Notes under the pieces: generated by a model
Seen by the model: only the letters and a program-made list of their open reading frames with translations
The model's database searches: none
What the model was told of the DNA's origin: nothing
Program-made: the position numbers and the translations under genes
Shown: piece after piece, positions 50,078-59,977 of the stretch
Layout: every line of letters starts with the position of its first letter
How positions within the stretch are numbered: the first letter of the stretch is position 1
Origin: Actinomycetota bacterium
GTDB lineage: Bacteria; Actinomycetota; Aquicultoria; Subteraquimicrobiales; Subteraquimicrobiaceae
Reading direction: 5' to 3'
Length of the DNA stretch: 64,000 nt
NCBI GenBank assembly: GCA_030018275.1
Contig: JASEGB010000003.1
Location: 9,600-73,599, forward strand

Positions 50078-51873
50078 ACCATTCCCTTCCTTCTAATCCA
50101 TTCTTTAAACATCTCAGCCACCAGGGGAATATGGTCATCAATTGCAGGTTGTCCGTTTGCAGCCAATTCTATTTCTCCTTCTGGCGTGGTCTTGAATACC
50201 GGATTTCCCCTTCGGTCATGTCCCACTTTCTCTGGTATTGCCATGAAAATATCGTAATCCTCTTTTAGTTTTTCTTGTTCTGATGTCTTCTTTTTTAAGA
50301 TGAGAATGCTTGTCTGTGTCCCCGTATGTGGCTCAAAAGTTTCTACTGGCAAATCAACACTTGCTATTATGTAAGTCTTTTTTAGAATCCACTCTCTGAT
50401 CCATATTAATCCAGGATTACTCAAGATGCTGTCAGGAAGAACAATACCCAAAATACCGCCGGGTTTTAGAAAATCTAAACATCGCTCAATAAATAATTGT
50501 TCTGGTGGAAGTGCAGTCCTTGGAGAACCTACCTTGAAAGTGGTTAACTCAAATTGGCTTAATATATCGGGATTGTCTATTACTGCTTTCGTTCCAAACG
50601 GCGGATTGGTTACAACTATATCAAACTCTTCTAAATGCACTTTTCTTTTAGCTTCATCATTCCAATTTGATAATTTTTCAAGAGAGTTAGCATGTACAAT
50701 ATTTGAAGAACCATCACCATGCATAACCATGTTCATTTGAGAGACTTTTACCAAGAACGGGTTAAACTCTATACCATAAAAGTTGGTGTTTACCACATCT
50801 CGAACTAAATCTCTTAATTGGTCGTATCTAAATCCTCGCTTTAAGAACATCTGTTTTATCTTTTGTACGCCTGCTATTAAAAATCCACCTGTCCCAACAG
50901 CTGGATCAAGGATTTTTAACGCTCCTGGACTTGTTAATTTCTCCTCAGGAAATAGTGAAAAGAGCATTTCTATTGCCATACTACAAACATTTCTTGCAGT
51001 GAAAAACTCCCCTCTATCTCCCCTCAAATTAGGACCTACTACTTCCTCGTAAGCTTCACCCTTTACATCTGTCTCAGTATCTACAAAGCTAAATCTCTGT
51101 AACTCTGAAACAATATAACTAAGCACCGAGTCATTTAGTTCAAGTGTCTCGTTCCCTTTAAAAATATATTTGTATCTTTCTTGCACCTTTTGAAAAACCT
51201 TTGTTAATCTATTTCTGACTTTTGAGATGTCTTCACCGGGCAAGATGTAGAATTGTAATGTTGGGTCGTATTGTTCATCATAAACCTTTATAAAAATCAA
51301 TTTTTGGAGTTCTTCAAAAGCCTTATCTTTCTGAAAACCTTGATTAACATATATGTAATTATGAACACGTTTGAACACTTGTTTTAGGTTTACAGCAGGA
51401 ACAAGTCGCCCACTTGTAGGTTTAGGGATAGTAGTTTCTCTTCTTTTAGGTACATCTGGGATCCGAGTTAAAACTCGTTTTCCCCTCTCCTCTACAACCG
51501 TAAACGCTAATCTTTCATTACCTACCCAGAGGGCAAATGCACTATTAGGAGATGCCGCAACATAGCTTCCAAGCTGCCCGACTCCTTCTTTTCTGTCTGA
51601 TGGCTTAACATCTTCGGTTTTTACTTCAGCAATTATGTAGATATTTTCTTGCGTATGTTCTCCATCTTCAGAAAAAATAACAATGTCTGCCCGCTTTTTC
51701 GCCCTTCCCATTTTTATAGGGAACTCAACATCAATATCACTTTTGTTATAGCCATACTCCTCAACAAGACTTCTGACTACATCTTGCCTTATTCTTTCCT
51801 CGGATGTATCTTTTCTTAGTTTCCCAGTAATGAAACACTTTATTTTTCCTGGTGGTATTACTTCTTCAGGCAT
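50074..51873 (-). CDS. N6-adenine DNA methyltransferase (HsdM-like) with N-terminal PD-(D/E)xK nuclease-like (HsdR_N-type) domain
   Basis: VVTNPPFG motif IV and AdoMet motif I (LDPAVGTGGF). The N-terminal 130 aa carry D...EVK (ADIVIFSED...IIAEVK). Overlaps the hsdS start. Confidence 0.7.
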   Translation of the reverse strand: MPEEVIPPGKIKCFITGKLRKDTSEERIRQDVVRSLVEEYGYNKSDIDVEFPIKMGRAKKRADIVIFSEDGEHTQENIYIIAEVKTEDVKPSDRKEGVGQLGSYVAASPNSAFALWVGNERLAFTVVEERGKRVLTRIPDVPKRRETTIPKPTSGRLVPAVNLKQVFKRVHNYIYVNQGFQKDKAFEELQKLIFIKVYDEQYDPTLQFYILPGEDISKVRNRLTKVFQKVQERYKYIFKGNETLELNDSVLSYIVSELQRFSFVDTETDVKGEAYEEVVGPNLRGDRGEFFTARNVCSMAIEMLFSLFPEEKLTSPGALKILDPAVGTGGFLIAGVQKIKQMFLKRGFRYDQLRDLVRDVVNTNFYGIEFNPFLVKVSQMNMVMHGDGSSNIVHANSLEKLSNWNDEAKRKVHLEEFDIVVTNPPFGTKAVIDNPDILSQFELTTFKVGSPRTALPPEQLFIERCLDFLKPGGILGIVLPDSILSNPGLIWIREWILKKTYIIASVDLPVETFEPHTGTQTSILILKKKTSEQEKLKEDYDIFMAIPEKVGHDRRGNPVFKTTPEGEIELAANGQPAIDDHIPLVAEMFKEWIRRKGMV

Positions 51874-51884
51874 ATTCTTACCTC

Positions 51885-51920
51885 CTTTTAAGGCTGCGGG
51901 ATATGTCGCCTAACTTAATA
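51885..51920. repeat. island intergenic repeat R4
   Basis: ggctgcgggatatgtcgcctaac. Confidence 0.5.
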
Positions 51921-52135
51921 TATACGAAATTCGCTTTATGTTCCCAAACTTTAGTATATACGAACTTCGTGTTATTCCCCAATATTGGTTATGCGCTTCA
52001 AATGATAATTCTTGCTATTACCTTCCCCTCAAGATTATATCTAAATGGACTTTTAATCTTTCCTAAATCTAGTAAACCAGTGGTATCAACCGCCATTTCG
52101 TTTTCCTCGTGTAGGTCTGGTATTCCTCGCCAAAC

Positions 52136-52510
52136 TCAGTAACCAGCATTTTTTCTTCGTGTTGAATGCGCCATAGAGAAATGGCACCGGGGAATCGGTC
52201 CGACAAAATGGGCATATTCCCATGGCGGCATAAAGGTAAGGAGGGGCACGGTCACAAGCCCGAAGGCTATAACCATCACGCGTTGACTCCGGTCATAGGC
52301 CGACGGTGTACCGATTTGCCGCCCCAGTGCAGTCACCAGCCACCATACTACCCACAAAACCAGGTAAGCCACTTCCACTGGTCGGTGGAGGAAGGTTATT
52401 CCCCCGCCAGCCACGATAATAATCACACAGGAAGCCGCTATGAAGATAAATCGTCCGATAAGCATCTTGGTCACTTTCAAGCTTCCGACAAATAGGTTAA
52501 TCAAACTCAC
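52136..52510 (-). CDS. hypothetical membrane protein (possibly a C-terminal piece of the adjacent split antiporter)
   Basis: 124 aa, hydrophobic; overlaps the end of the upstream fragment by 14 nt. Confidence 0.25.
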   Translation of the reverse strand: MSLINLFVGSLKVTKMLIGRFIFIAASCVIIIVAGGGITFLHRPVEVAYLVLWVVWWLVTALGRQIGTPSAYDRSQRVMVIAFGLVTVPLLTFMPPWEYAHFVGPIPRCHFSMAHSTRRKNAGY

Positions 52511-53668
52511 TTTGATTGGGAGTGATATCTCCTTTAATCATCATTCTATTGAAGATCCATTTTACCAGTATTGGGGAGCTTAACGAGGTAACTACCGACA
52601 TCACCACCACTGCGTTAAAAATGCCCACCGGAATGATTCCCATTTCTCTCCCCACGACGGTTGCTGTTAAGGTGACCGCCAGTTGAGGTAAGGTCATGAA
52701 GCCCAGTGCAAGCGAGCGATGGATTCCGTAGTTAAAAGTTCTTCCACTTAGCAAACCTGCTGCAATTTTTGCTAGGATTAGTCCCAAAACGATGGACGAT
52801 GTTGTGACCAGAGACTGGGCTTTGCTTATCAGGATGGTTAAATTTGCATTCATCCCCACCACTATTAGAAATATGGGTATGAAAAATCCCCGTCCAAAGA
52901 AGTACACTTCCCTAAGGGCTGGTCATCGGCATGATACTTTAAACCTGCGGATAATGCTATTCCGGCTAGAAAGGCTCCAACTGCGGCATGAATCTTGATT
53001 ATCTCGGCCAAAACTGCTGTGATTAGTAAAATCAAGATGATGAAGTGAAAATCCGAACGTTTGGCGCGATCAAGTTCAAAGAACTTCTTAGCTAATCGAG
53101 GTACTCCTCCCAAGATAACCAGCACAAAAATGACGAATAAAATCCCCAATTGAATGAATTCAGGGCCTACCGCCCTCCCAGCTTTTGCTGCTACTATGAG
53201 TGCCAATATAAGCAGCGCAGCAGTATCTGTTAATACTGTTCCCAGGAAAGCTATGGAAACAACTTCCTCGTTCATCAGTCCACGGTCCTTTAATAAGGGA
53301 TACGTGATGATGGTGTGAGAGGATAAGATTGAACCAAGAATGATGCTACCCAAGAGGTCTAAGTGAAAGTACCTTCCGATCGAAAATCCTACGATGAACG
53401 GAATCGTGAATGTGAATATCCCAAAAGTTACTGCCCTTAAGCCGATTTTTCTGATACGTTCTGTTGGGATATCCAATCCGGCCAGAAATAGCATGTATAT
53501 GAGCCCGATTGAGGCTAAGGCTTGTACGCTCTCACCCAAAGGGAGGATTCTAAAACCATGGGGTCCGACCAGTATCCCCGCAATCATGAAGGCTGTTTCC
53601 AGTGGGATTCTCGTCCGATTAAGTACACTGGAGACGATCAAAATGATGGTGATTAGAACCATAAACAC
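52497..53668 (-). pseudogene. cation:proton antiporter (CPA1/CPA2, Na+/H+ exchanger family), frameshifted
   Basis: Exchanger N-terminus (MFMVLITIILIVS...GLDI) at 53668-52865 continues in another frame at 52907-52497 (YFFGRGFFIPIFLIVVGMNANL...). The frame switch is near 52900-52915, where the downstream frame has a TGA. Confidence 0.55.
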
Positions 53669-53815
53669 GAAGAATATGCTCCACCGTTACTTCACCTTTT
53701 GTTGAAGTCTTGTCTAATTTTAGAATAGAAATTTCGGAATTAGAATAAAAATTTCTTGACAGTTATTTGAGCAAGTGTATACTTCTAAATATATACTATG
53801 GGAGAATTATAGGAG

Positions 53816-54061
53816 ATGGGTTTGATGGAGGTAAAGGCAAAAGAGCTCAGAACACGGACTTCTTCTATTATAAAAGCTGTTAAAAGCGGTGAAGAGGTTA
53901 CGATAACCTATCGCGGCAAACGGGTTGGGGTAATTAAACCTCTTTTAGGCAAGAGGAAAACCTTTAATCCAGTTGGCTTTGGTCTTTGGTTAGGACGGGA
54001 AGATTTAAAAGACGTCGAGACATGGATCCGAGAAAAGAGAGCAGCTCGATACGGAAAGTAA
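53816..54061 (+). CDS. type II antitoxin (Phd/YefM-like)
   Basis: MGLMEVKAKELRTRTSSIIKAVKSGEEVTITYRGKRVGVIKPL pattern. Confidence 0.55.
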   Translation: MGLMEVKAKELRTRTSSIIKAVKSGEEVTITYRGKRVGVIKPLLGKRKTFNPVGFGLWLGREDLKDVETWIREKRAARYGK

Positions 54062-54453
54062 TATTCGATACAGACATTCTCATTTGGTATTTTCAGGGGG
54101 ACGAGAGCGCCAAAGCTTTTTTGGCTAATTTTCCATTTCGGTCAAGGACGGTTTCTTCTCTAACTCTGATGGAATTAATTCAAGGTGCACTTAGCAAGGC
54201 TGAGCTGAGAACCATCAAAAAATTCATTGAAGAAAATTTTAGCGAGGTTTTTCACCCAAATGAGGCAGTTTCAAGGCGAGCAATTATTTTGCTGGAGAGA
54301 TATGCTTTATCCCATGGTTTAACCACAGTGGACGCTCTTCTTGCAGCAACTGTCCTTGTTTTCAAAAGCAAGCTTGCGACAGCCAACGCAAAGCACTTTC
54401 GTTTCATAAAGGGGTTAGAGGTTATTCCTTTCGTGCCAGCTTCTTTTGGCTAA
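54022..54453 (+). CDS. PIN-domain toxin (VapC family)
   Basis: IFDTDILIWYF N-terminus typical of VapC; overlaps the antitoxin 3' end. The start is uncertain (54022 or downstream). Confidence 0.6.
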   Translation: MDPRKESSSIRKVIFDTDILIWYFQGDESAKAFLANFPFRSRTVSSLTLMELIQGALSKAELRTIKKFIEENFSEVFHPNEAVSRRAIILLERYALSHGLTTVDALLAATVLVFKSKLATANAKHFRFIKGLEVIPFVPASFG

Positions 54454-54639
54454 CTTCCTCTCTAGCACTTAATGCGCTCAAGCAGCTAATAGCGCTCCTC
54501 TTGAGGATTAGCATTTTGTGTCCGAAAATAATTCTCATTTTCTCCCCAAAATCTTGTTAGCGAACAAGTGTTCTGATATATTAAAAGATACATGATTGCA
54601 AAGGTTTGAAATTTAACCTGTATTATTGACAAGATGGGT

Positions 54640-54830
54640 TAACACCATGGTCGGGGTGAAGTGCTCCGAAAACACCCCGAAGAACGCTGTCGCGTCTACG
54701 GGGCAGGCGCAGTTAAGGCCGTTTACCCCATTGGCGAGTGAAACGAGTCCTTCGGGGTCGCTCGGTCTCGCCTCGCTACAGAAGTGTGAATCTGTTCAGA
54801 AGTTTTCATAGGCGAGGCTCCGACACTTTC
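54640..54830 (+). other. GC-rich structured segment in the dnaE 5' region (possible leader or small RNA)
   Basis: Follows TTGACA at 54627. Contains GGGGTG/CACCCC and GCCTCGC/GCGAGGC stems and a CC-UUCG-GG tetraloop hairpin. Confidence 0.15.
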
Positions 54831-54906
54831 TTAAGCACTTACCCCCTTAAATGTATGTGTAAACCAAACTCGCTAATAGTCCATTTAACCTCATAGGAGT
54901 GGAACT

Positions 54907-57900
54907 ATGTCAGTGAATTTTGTTCATCTTCACACCCATTCTGAATTTTCCCTCCTTGATGGAGCTGCCCGGATAGAGGACTTAGTTCTCAGGGCTAAGG
55001 AATTGGGAATGCCCGCGCTCGCCCTTACCGATCACGGAGTCATGTATGGGGTCATCGATTTCTATGAGGCCGCCAATAAGCATGGTATAAAGCCCATCAT
55101 TGGCTGTGAGGTTTACGTCGCACCCCGAACCAGGTTTGAGAAATCTCCAAAGAAGGCAGATTCCCCCTATCACCTGGTATTACTGGCTGAGGATAATGAG
55201 GGTTATCGGAACCTCATGCACTTAGTAACTCATGGATTTTTTGAGGGTTTCTACTACAAACCTCGTGTGGACAAGGAGTTACTGGAGAAGTATCACCGCG
55301 GTCTCATAGCCTTGAGTGGTTGTCTAACCGGTGAGGTAGTAAAACTAATTGAAGCCGGGAAGATTGAGCAGGCCAAGCAAGCGGCTTCGAACTTAAGGGA
55401 CATATACGGCGATGGAAACTTCTTCCTGGAGATTCAGGACCAGGGACTCGAGGAACAAAGTTCCGTAAATGAGCATCTCATCAGGATATCTTCTGAAACC
55501 GGGATTCCCCTGGTTGCCACCAACGATGTTCACTACACCAATCAATTGGATAGTACGGCTCACGATGTACTACTCTGCATCCAGACGGGTTCAACCCTTG
55601 AGGAAAAAGATAGATTGAGATTTAGGTCGAATCAATTCTATCTGAAGTCCTCTCAGGAGATGGAGCAGGTATTTCCGGACCTCCCTCAAGTCCTCAAAAA
55701 TTCCTTGGAGATCGCCGAGCGATGTAATGTAACCATGGAACTCGGTAAGATTTACCTGCCCCATTATGAAGTCCCACCGGGCTATGATCTTGATTCCTAT
55801 CTTGAGAAACTTTGTCTGGAAGGCGTCAAGAAAAGATATTCCAAGGTAACACCATCGATAATGGAACGATTAAAGCATGAATTGGAGGTGATAAAGAGGA
55901 CCGGTTTTTCCGGCTATTTCCTAGTGGTCTGGGATTTTGTCAAGTTCGCTAAAGAACATGGAATCAAGGTGGGTCCAGGGCGTGGGAGCGCGGCGGGGAG
56001 CATCGTTGCCTATGTTTTAGGGATAACAAATGTCGATCCCTTGAGGTACGGTTTGCTCTTTGAAAGATTTTTGAACCCCGAGAGGGTGAGCATGCCCGAT
56101 ATAGATATAGACTTCTGCTACGAGCGTCGAGACGAGGTCATCGAATACGTAGCCGAGAAATATGGTCGGGATAAGGTGGCTCAAATCATCACCTTTGGAA
56201 CGATGGCTGCGAGGGCGGCGACGAGAGATGCTGGGAGAGTATTTGGCATTCCCTACGGGAAAGTGGATAAAATTGCCAAACTCATCCCCGATAGTCCCAG
56301 CACCACCATCGAAGAGGCTTTACGAAACGTCCCCGAATTACGCCAAGAATGTGAGAGTGATGAAACCACTAGGCGCATCATAGACACCGCCAGGACATTG
56401 GAGGGATTGGCCAGGCAGGATTCCATCCATGCGGCCGGAGTCGTTATTTCTCGAGATGAGCTCACCAACTACACTCCCTTGCAAAGAAAAGGTACCCCTG
56501 AAACGATTACCCAATATCATATGGATGCCATCAAGAGGATCGGTCTTTTGAAGATGGATTTTCTGGGGCTTCGCACCCTTTCGGTCATCGATAATGCGGT
56601 AAAGATAATCAAGAGAACCACAGGCAATGATTTGGACATAGATGATGTCTCCCTTGAGGATTCAAAAACCCTCGAGATGCTTCGAAGAGGCGAAAGTATA
56701 GGGGTATTCCAGCTTGAAAGCACTGGAATGCGCTCACTCCTAAAGGATTTACAACCCACGACCTTTGAAGATATTATAAATATTTTAGCCCTTTATCGCC
56801 CTGGTCCTTTGGGCAGCAATATGGTTCAGGATTTCGTCGACCGAAAGCATGATCGCAAGCCCATTTCTTACGTCCATCCCTCCCTTGAGTCCATATTGAA
56901 GGATACTTATGGAATCATCGTCTATCAGGAGCAGGTTATGAGGATAGCCTCCGAGTTGGCCGGATTCAGCATGGCCGAAGCCGATATTTTGCGGGCGGCG
57001 ATGAGCAAGAAGAAACCCCATGTTCTGGCGGAGCAAAGAGAAAAATTTGTTAAAGGAGCAAAGTCCAGGGGAATAGATGCCGAAACGGCACAGAAAATCT
57101 TCGATCTGATGGCCTATTTCGCTGGCTATGGCTTCAATCGTGCACATTCAGCCGCTTATGCAGTTATTTCTTATCAAACTGCTTATCTTAAAGCGAACTA
57201 TCCCGTGGAATATATGGCCGCTCTTCTCACATCCGTGATGGGAAATAAGGACAAGGTGGCCCAGTACGTAAATGAATGTCGACGTTTGGGGATAAAGGTC
57301 TTACCTCCGGATGTGAATGAGAGTTTCAAGAGTTTTACGGTGATCGGGGAAACCCGCCTGCCGCAGCGAGGTACGATCGGGCAGGCCATTAGATTTGGAC
57401 TTTCGGCAGTTCGCAATGTGGGCAGTAGCGTCATCGATTCAATTATCCAGGCAAGGGAGAAGGGAGGCTCCTTCAAATCCATTTACGATTTCTGTGAAAG
57501 AGTTGATTTGACCGTGATCAATAAAAGAGCCTTGGAGAGTTTAATCAAGGGTGGAGCCTTCGATTCCTGTGGAGATACTCGAAAACATCTTTTAAGCATT
57601 TACGAACGGGCTATGGAGGCAGGATTGCGCAAGCGAAGGGATAGGGAGGTAGGACAATTCACCTTTTTCGATCTTCATCAAGACGAGTTCCGCGAGACCT
57701 CTGAACAACGCGCTGAAGATGAATTTTCCAAGGAAGAATTGCTCGCCCACGAAAAGGAGATGCTCGGTCTGTACGTGAGCGATCATCCCTTGTTGGGGGT
57801 AGAAAAATTACTTCGGAATCGCACCACAACCTCCATTGGTGAACTGCGGGAGCAGGGGGAAGGGGGTTCCGTTCGCATTGGCGGTATCATCACTCGCATA

Positions 57901-58389
57901 AGCCGCATTACCACCAGGAGAGGTGAAATAATGGCCTTTTTGACCTTAGAGGATCTGGAGGGTTCCGTTGAGGTTGTTCTTTTCCCCACGGTTTATCAAA
58001 AGCACAGAGAATTGCTGAAGGAGGATAGGATAATCGAGGTCAAAGGGCGAGTCGATGTCAAAGAGGAAGATATCAAAGTCATAGGTCAAGAGGTTGAGAT
58101 GTTAAATAATAACAGCAACCGCAGCAGCAAGAGCCCTTTTCCTTTATGTATCAAGTTGCCTCTGAAAAGCTTCAATAGGAAGCTCATTGACCAAATCAAA
58201 GAGATTTTAGAGACCCATCCCGGTTCCTCCCCAGTATACCTCCAACTTACCGAAGAAAATAAGACGACCACTTTTCGATTGGGTGTCAAATATCGCGTGA
58301 AAACTCAAAGTAGCTTATTTGCTGAACTAAAGGAGCTCCTCGGGGAGGACAGCGTTTTTATTGACAATGGTCGCAACCAGCACATATAA
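54907..58389 (+). CDS. dnaE: DNA polymerase III alpha subunit
   Basis: N-terminal PHP domain (HLHTHSEFSLLDGA); 1160 aa. Confidence 0.9.
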   Translation: MSVNFVHLHTHSEFSLLDGAARIEDLVLRAKELGMPALALTDHGVMYGVIDFYEAANKHGIKPIIGCEVYVAPRTRFEKSPKKADSPYHLVLLAEDNEGYRNLMHLVTHGFFEGFYYKPRVDKELLEKYHRGLIALSGCLTGEVVKLIEAGKIEQAKQAASNLRDIYGDGNFFLEIQDQGLEEQSSVNEHLIRISSETGIPLVATNDVHYTNQLDSTAHDVLLCIQTGSTLEEKDRLRFRSNQFYLKSSQEMEQVFPDLPQVLKNSLEIAERCNVTMELGKIYLPHYEVPPGYDLDSYLEKLCLEGVKKRYSKVTPSIMERLKHELEVIKRTGFSGYFLVVWDFVKFAKEHGIKVGPGRGSAAGSIVAYVLGITNVDPLRYGLLFERFLNPERVSMPDIDIDFCYERRDEVIEYVAEKYGRDKVAQIITFGTMAARAATRDAGRVFGIPYGKVDKIAKLIPDSPSTTIEEALRNVPELRQECESDETTRRIIDTARTLEGLARQDSIHAAGVVISRDELTNYTPLQRKGTPETITQYHMDAIKRIGLLKMDFLGLRTLSVIDNAVKIIKRTTGNDLDIDDVSLEDSKTLEMLRRGESIGVFQLESTGMRSLLKDLQPTTFEDIINILALYRPGPLGSNMVQDFVDRKHDRKPISYVHPSLESILKDTYGIIVYQEQVMRIASELAGFSMAEADILRAAMSKKKPHVLAEQREKFVKGAKSRGIDAETAQKIFDLMAYFAGYGFNRAHSAAYAVISYQTAYLKANYPVEYMAALLTSVMGNKDKVAQYVNECRRLGIKVLPPDVNESFKSFTVIGETRLPQRGTIGQAIRFGLSAVRNVGSSVIDSIIQAREKGGSFKSIYDFCERVDLTVINKRALESLIKGGAFDSCGDTRKHLLSIYERAMEAGLRKRRDREVGQFTFFDLHQDEFRETSEQRAEDEFSKEELLAHEKEMLGLYVSDHPLLGVEKLLRNRTTTSIGELREQGEGGSVRIGGIITRISRITTRRGEIMAFLTLEDLEGSVEVVLFPTVYQKHRELLKEDRIIEVKGRVDVKEEDIKVIGQEVEMLNNNSNRSSKSPFPLCIKLPLKSFNRKLIDQIKEILETHPGSSPVYLQLTEENKTTTFRLGVKYRVKTQSSLFAELKELLGEDSVFIDNGRNQHI

Positions 58390-58678
58390 TTAATCCAAGT
58401 TGGAAGTTGCGGGGGGCTCTTTGGCAAGTTTAAAATCCCCGTAGCACGGGGGCTTGTTTGCCCACATGAGTGCCCCCGCAATACTTTGGTTATTAAACTC
58501 CTTAGTTTGGCAAATTTCAATTCCAGATAAGTGGTTTTATCTGCATAAATACTCTCTTCCGTAGCAAATGTAAAATGCAAAACTAAAAATGTAAAATGAC
58601 AAAGAAAAATTTAAAATGACTGTGCAAACTTAAATTTTGCCAAGGTACAGGAAGATATTCCAATTGAGGGGTTCAGTG

Positions 58679-59977
58679 ATGATGCCAATCATTAAAATCG
58701 AGAAATTCGATGAGACCAAGGTCGAGGAATTTCTGGCACGCCCTGTATTGGAAGACGAGGCTGCTCTAAAGGCGGTGCGGCAAATACTTGAGGATGTACG
58801 AAGAGAAGGGGATCGAGCTCTACTCAAATATACGAAGGAGTTTGATGGAGCCGATTTGACAGAAATGGGATTGGCGGTAAGAAAAGAAGAGATTCATGAG
58901 GCTTACTCGAGCGTGGGTGAGGAGTTTGTCGCTGCGATTAGGTTTGCCAAAGAGCGCATTCTCGGTTTCCATGAGAAACAGAAGACGAGTTCGTGGTTTA
59001 CAACTGAGAAAGAGGGCATCTGGCTTGGGCAGTTGATTCGTCCAATTACCAGAGTTGGAATTTACATTCCCGGCGGTTTAGCTTCCTATCCCTCCACGGT
59101 GCTCATGAATGCCATTCCCGCCAGCGTGGCTGGGGTGAAGGAAATTGCCATGTGCGTTCCACCGAGATCCGATGGCAAGATGAACCCTTTCACCCTAGTA
59201 GCAGCGGAGGAAACGGGCGTAGATGAAATTTACAAACTGGGAGGAGCTCAAGCTATAGCAGCTTTAGCTTATGGAACGGAAACTGTAAAGAAGGTGGATA
59301 AGATCACAGGTCCGGGAAACATCTATGTGAACCTGGCTAAAAAACTCGTTGTGGGTCATGTTGGCATCGATATGTTGGCGGGTCCAAGCGAGGTGTTAAT
59401 TCTCGCCGATGAAAAGGCTGATCCGAGGTTTATAGCCGCTGATATGCTTGGTCAGGCAGAGCACGCACCGGATGCCACCGCTTTACTCATCACCACCTCC
59501 CTTAAGCTTGCTGAGAGGGTTAATTCGGCTGTTCATGAACAACTTTCTGGCTTGAAGCGGCGGGAGGTTGCCGAGGAATCCATAAAGAATCGAGGGAGAG
59601 TGTTTGTCGTCTCGGATATAGAGATGGGAATAAAATTGGCCAACGCCATTGCCCCCGAACACCTGGAGTTAATGGTTGAAGAGCCCTTAAAATTTTTAAA
59701 TGATATCGAGAACGCCGGAGCCATTTTTCTCGGTCCCTATTCCACCGAGGCGCTGGGTGATTATATGGCTGGGCCGAACCATGTCCTTCCCACTGGAGGA
59801 AGTGCCCGGTTTTCCTCGCCCTTGGGCGTGGATGACTTCGCCAAGAAATCGAGCGTGCTCATCTTCACAAAGAGTGGGTTGGAAAAGCTCGCGAAGGCCG
59901 TCACCGTTCTAGCTCAGGCCGAGGGACTGGAAGGCCATGCAAAGTCCGTGAAGATAAGAGTCGAGGGCAGCGAATAG
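58679..59977 (+). CDS. hisD: histidinol dehydrogenase
   Basis: HisD blocks (IYIPGGLASYPSTVLMNAIPA, HLELMV); start chosen at the ATGATG after a gagggg RBS. Confidence 0.8.
   Translation: MMPIIKIEKFDETKVEEFLARPVLEDEAALKAVRQILEDVRREGDRALLKYTKEFDGADLTEMGLAVRKEEIHEAYSSVGEEFVAAIRFAKERILGFHEKQKTSSWFTTEKEGIWLGQLIRPITRVGIYIPGGLASYPSTVLMNAIPASVAGVKEIAMCVPPRSDGKMNPFTLVAAEETGVDEIYKLGGAQAIAALAYGTETVKKVDKITGPGNIYVNLAKKLVVGHVGIDMLAGPSEVLILADEKADPRFIAADMLGQAEHAPDATALLITTSLKLAERVNSAVHEQLSGLKRREVAEESIKNRGRVFVVSDIEMGIKLANAIAPEHLELMVEEPLKFLNDIENAGAIFLGPYSTEALGDYMAGPNHVLPTGGSARFSSPLGVDDFAKKSSVLIFTKSGLEKLAKAVTVLAQAEGLEGHAKSVKIRVEGSE

Noticed and set aside
54626-54811. tRNA or tmRNA gene in the GC-rich segment, plus the 61-aa ORF in the track
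   Set aside because: No cloverleaf (no GTTCGAATC-type T-arm) and no tmRNA tag or 3' CCA-stem signature. The ORF has no RBS or start context.
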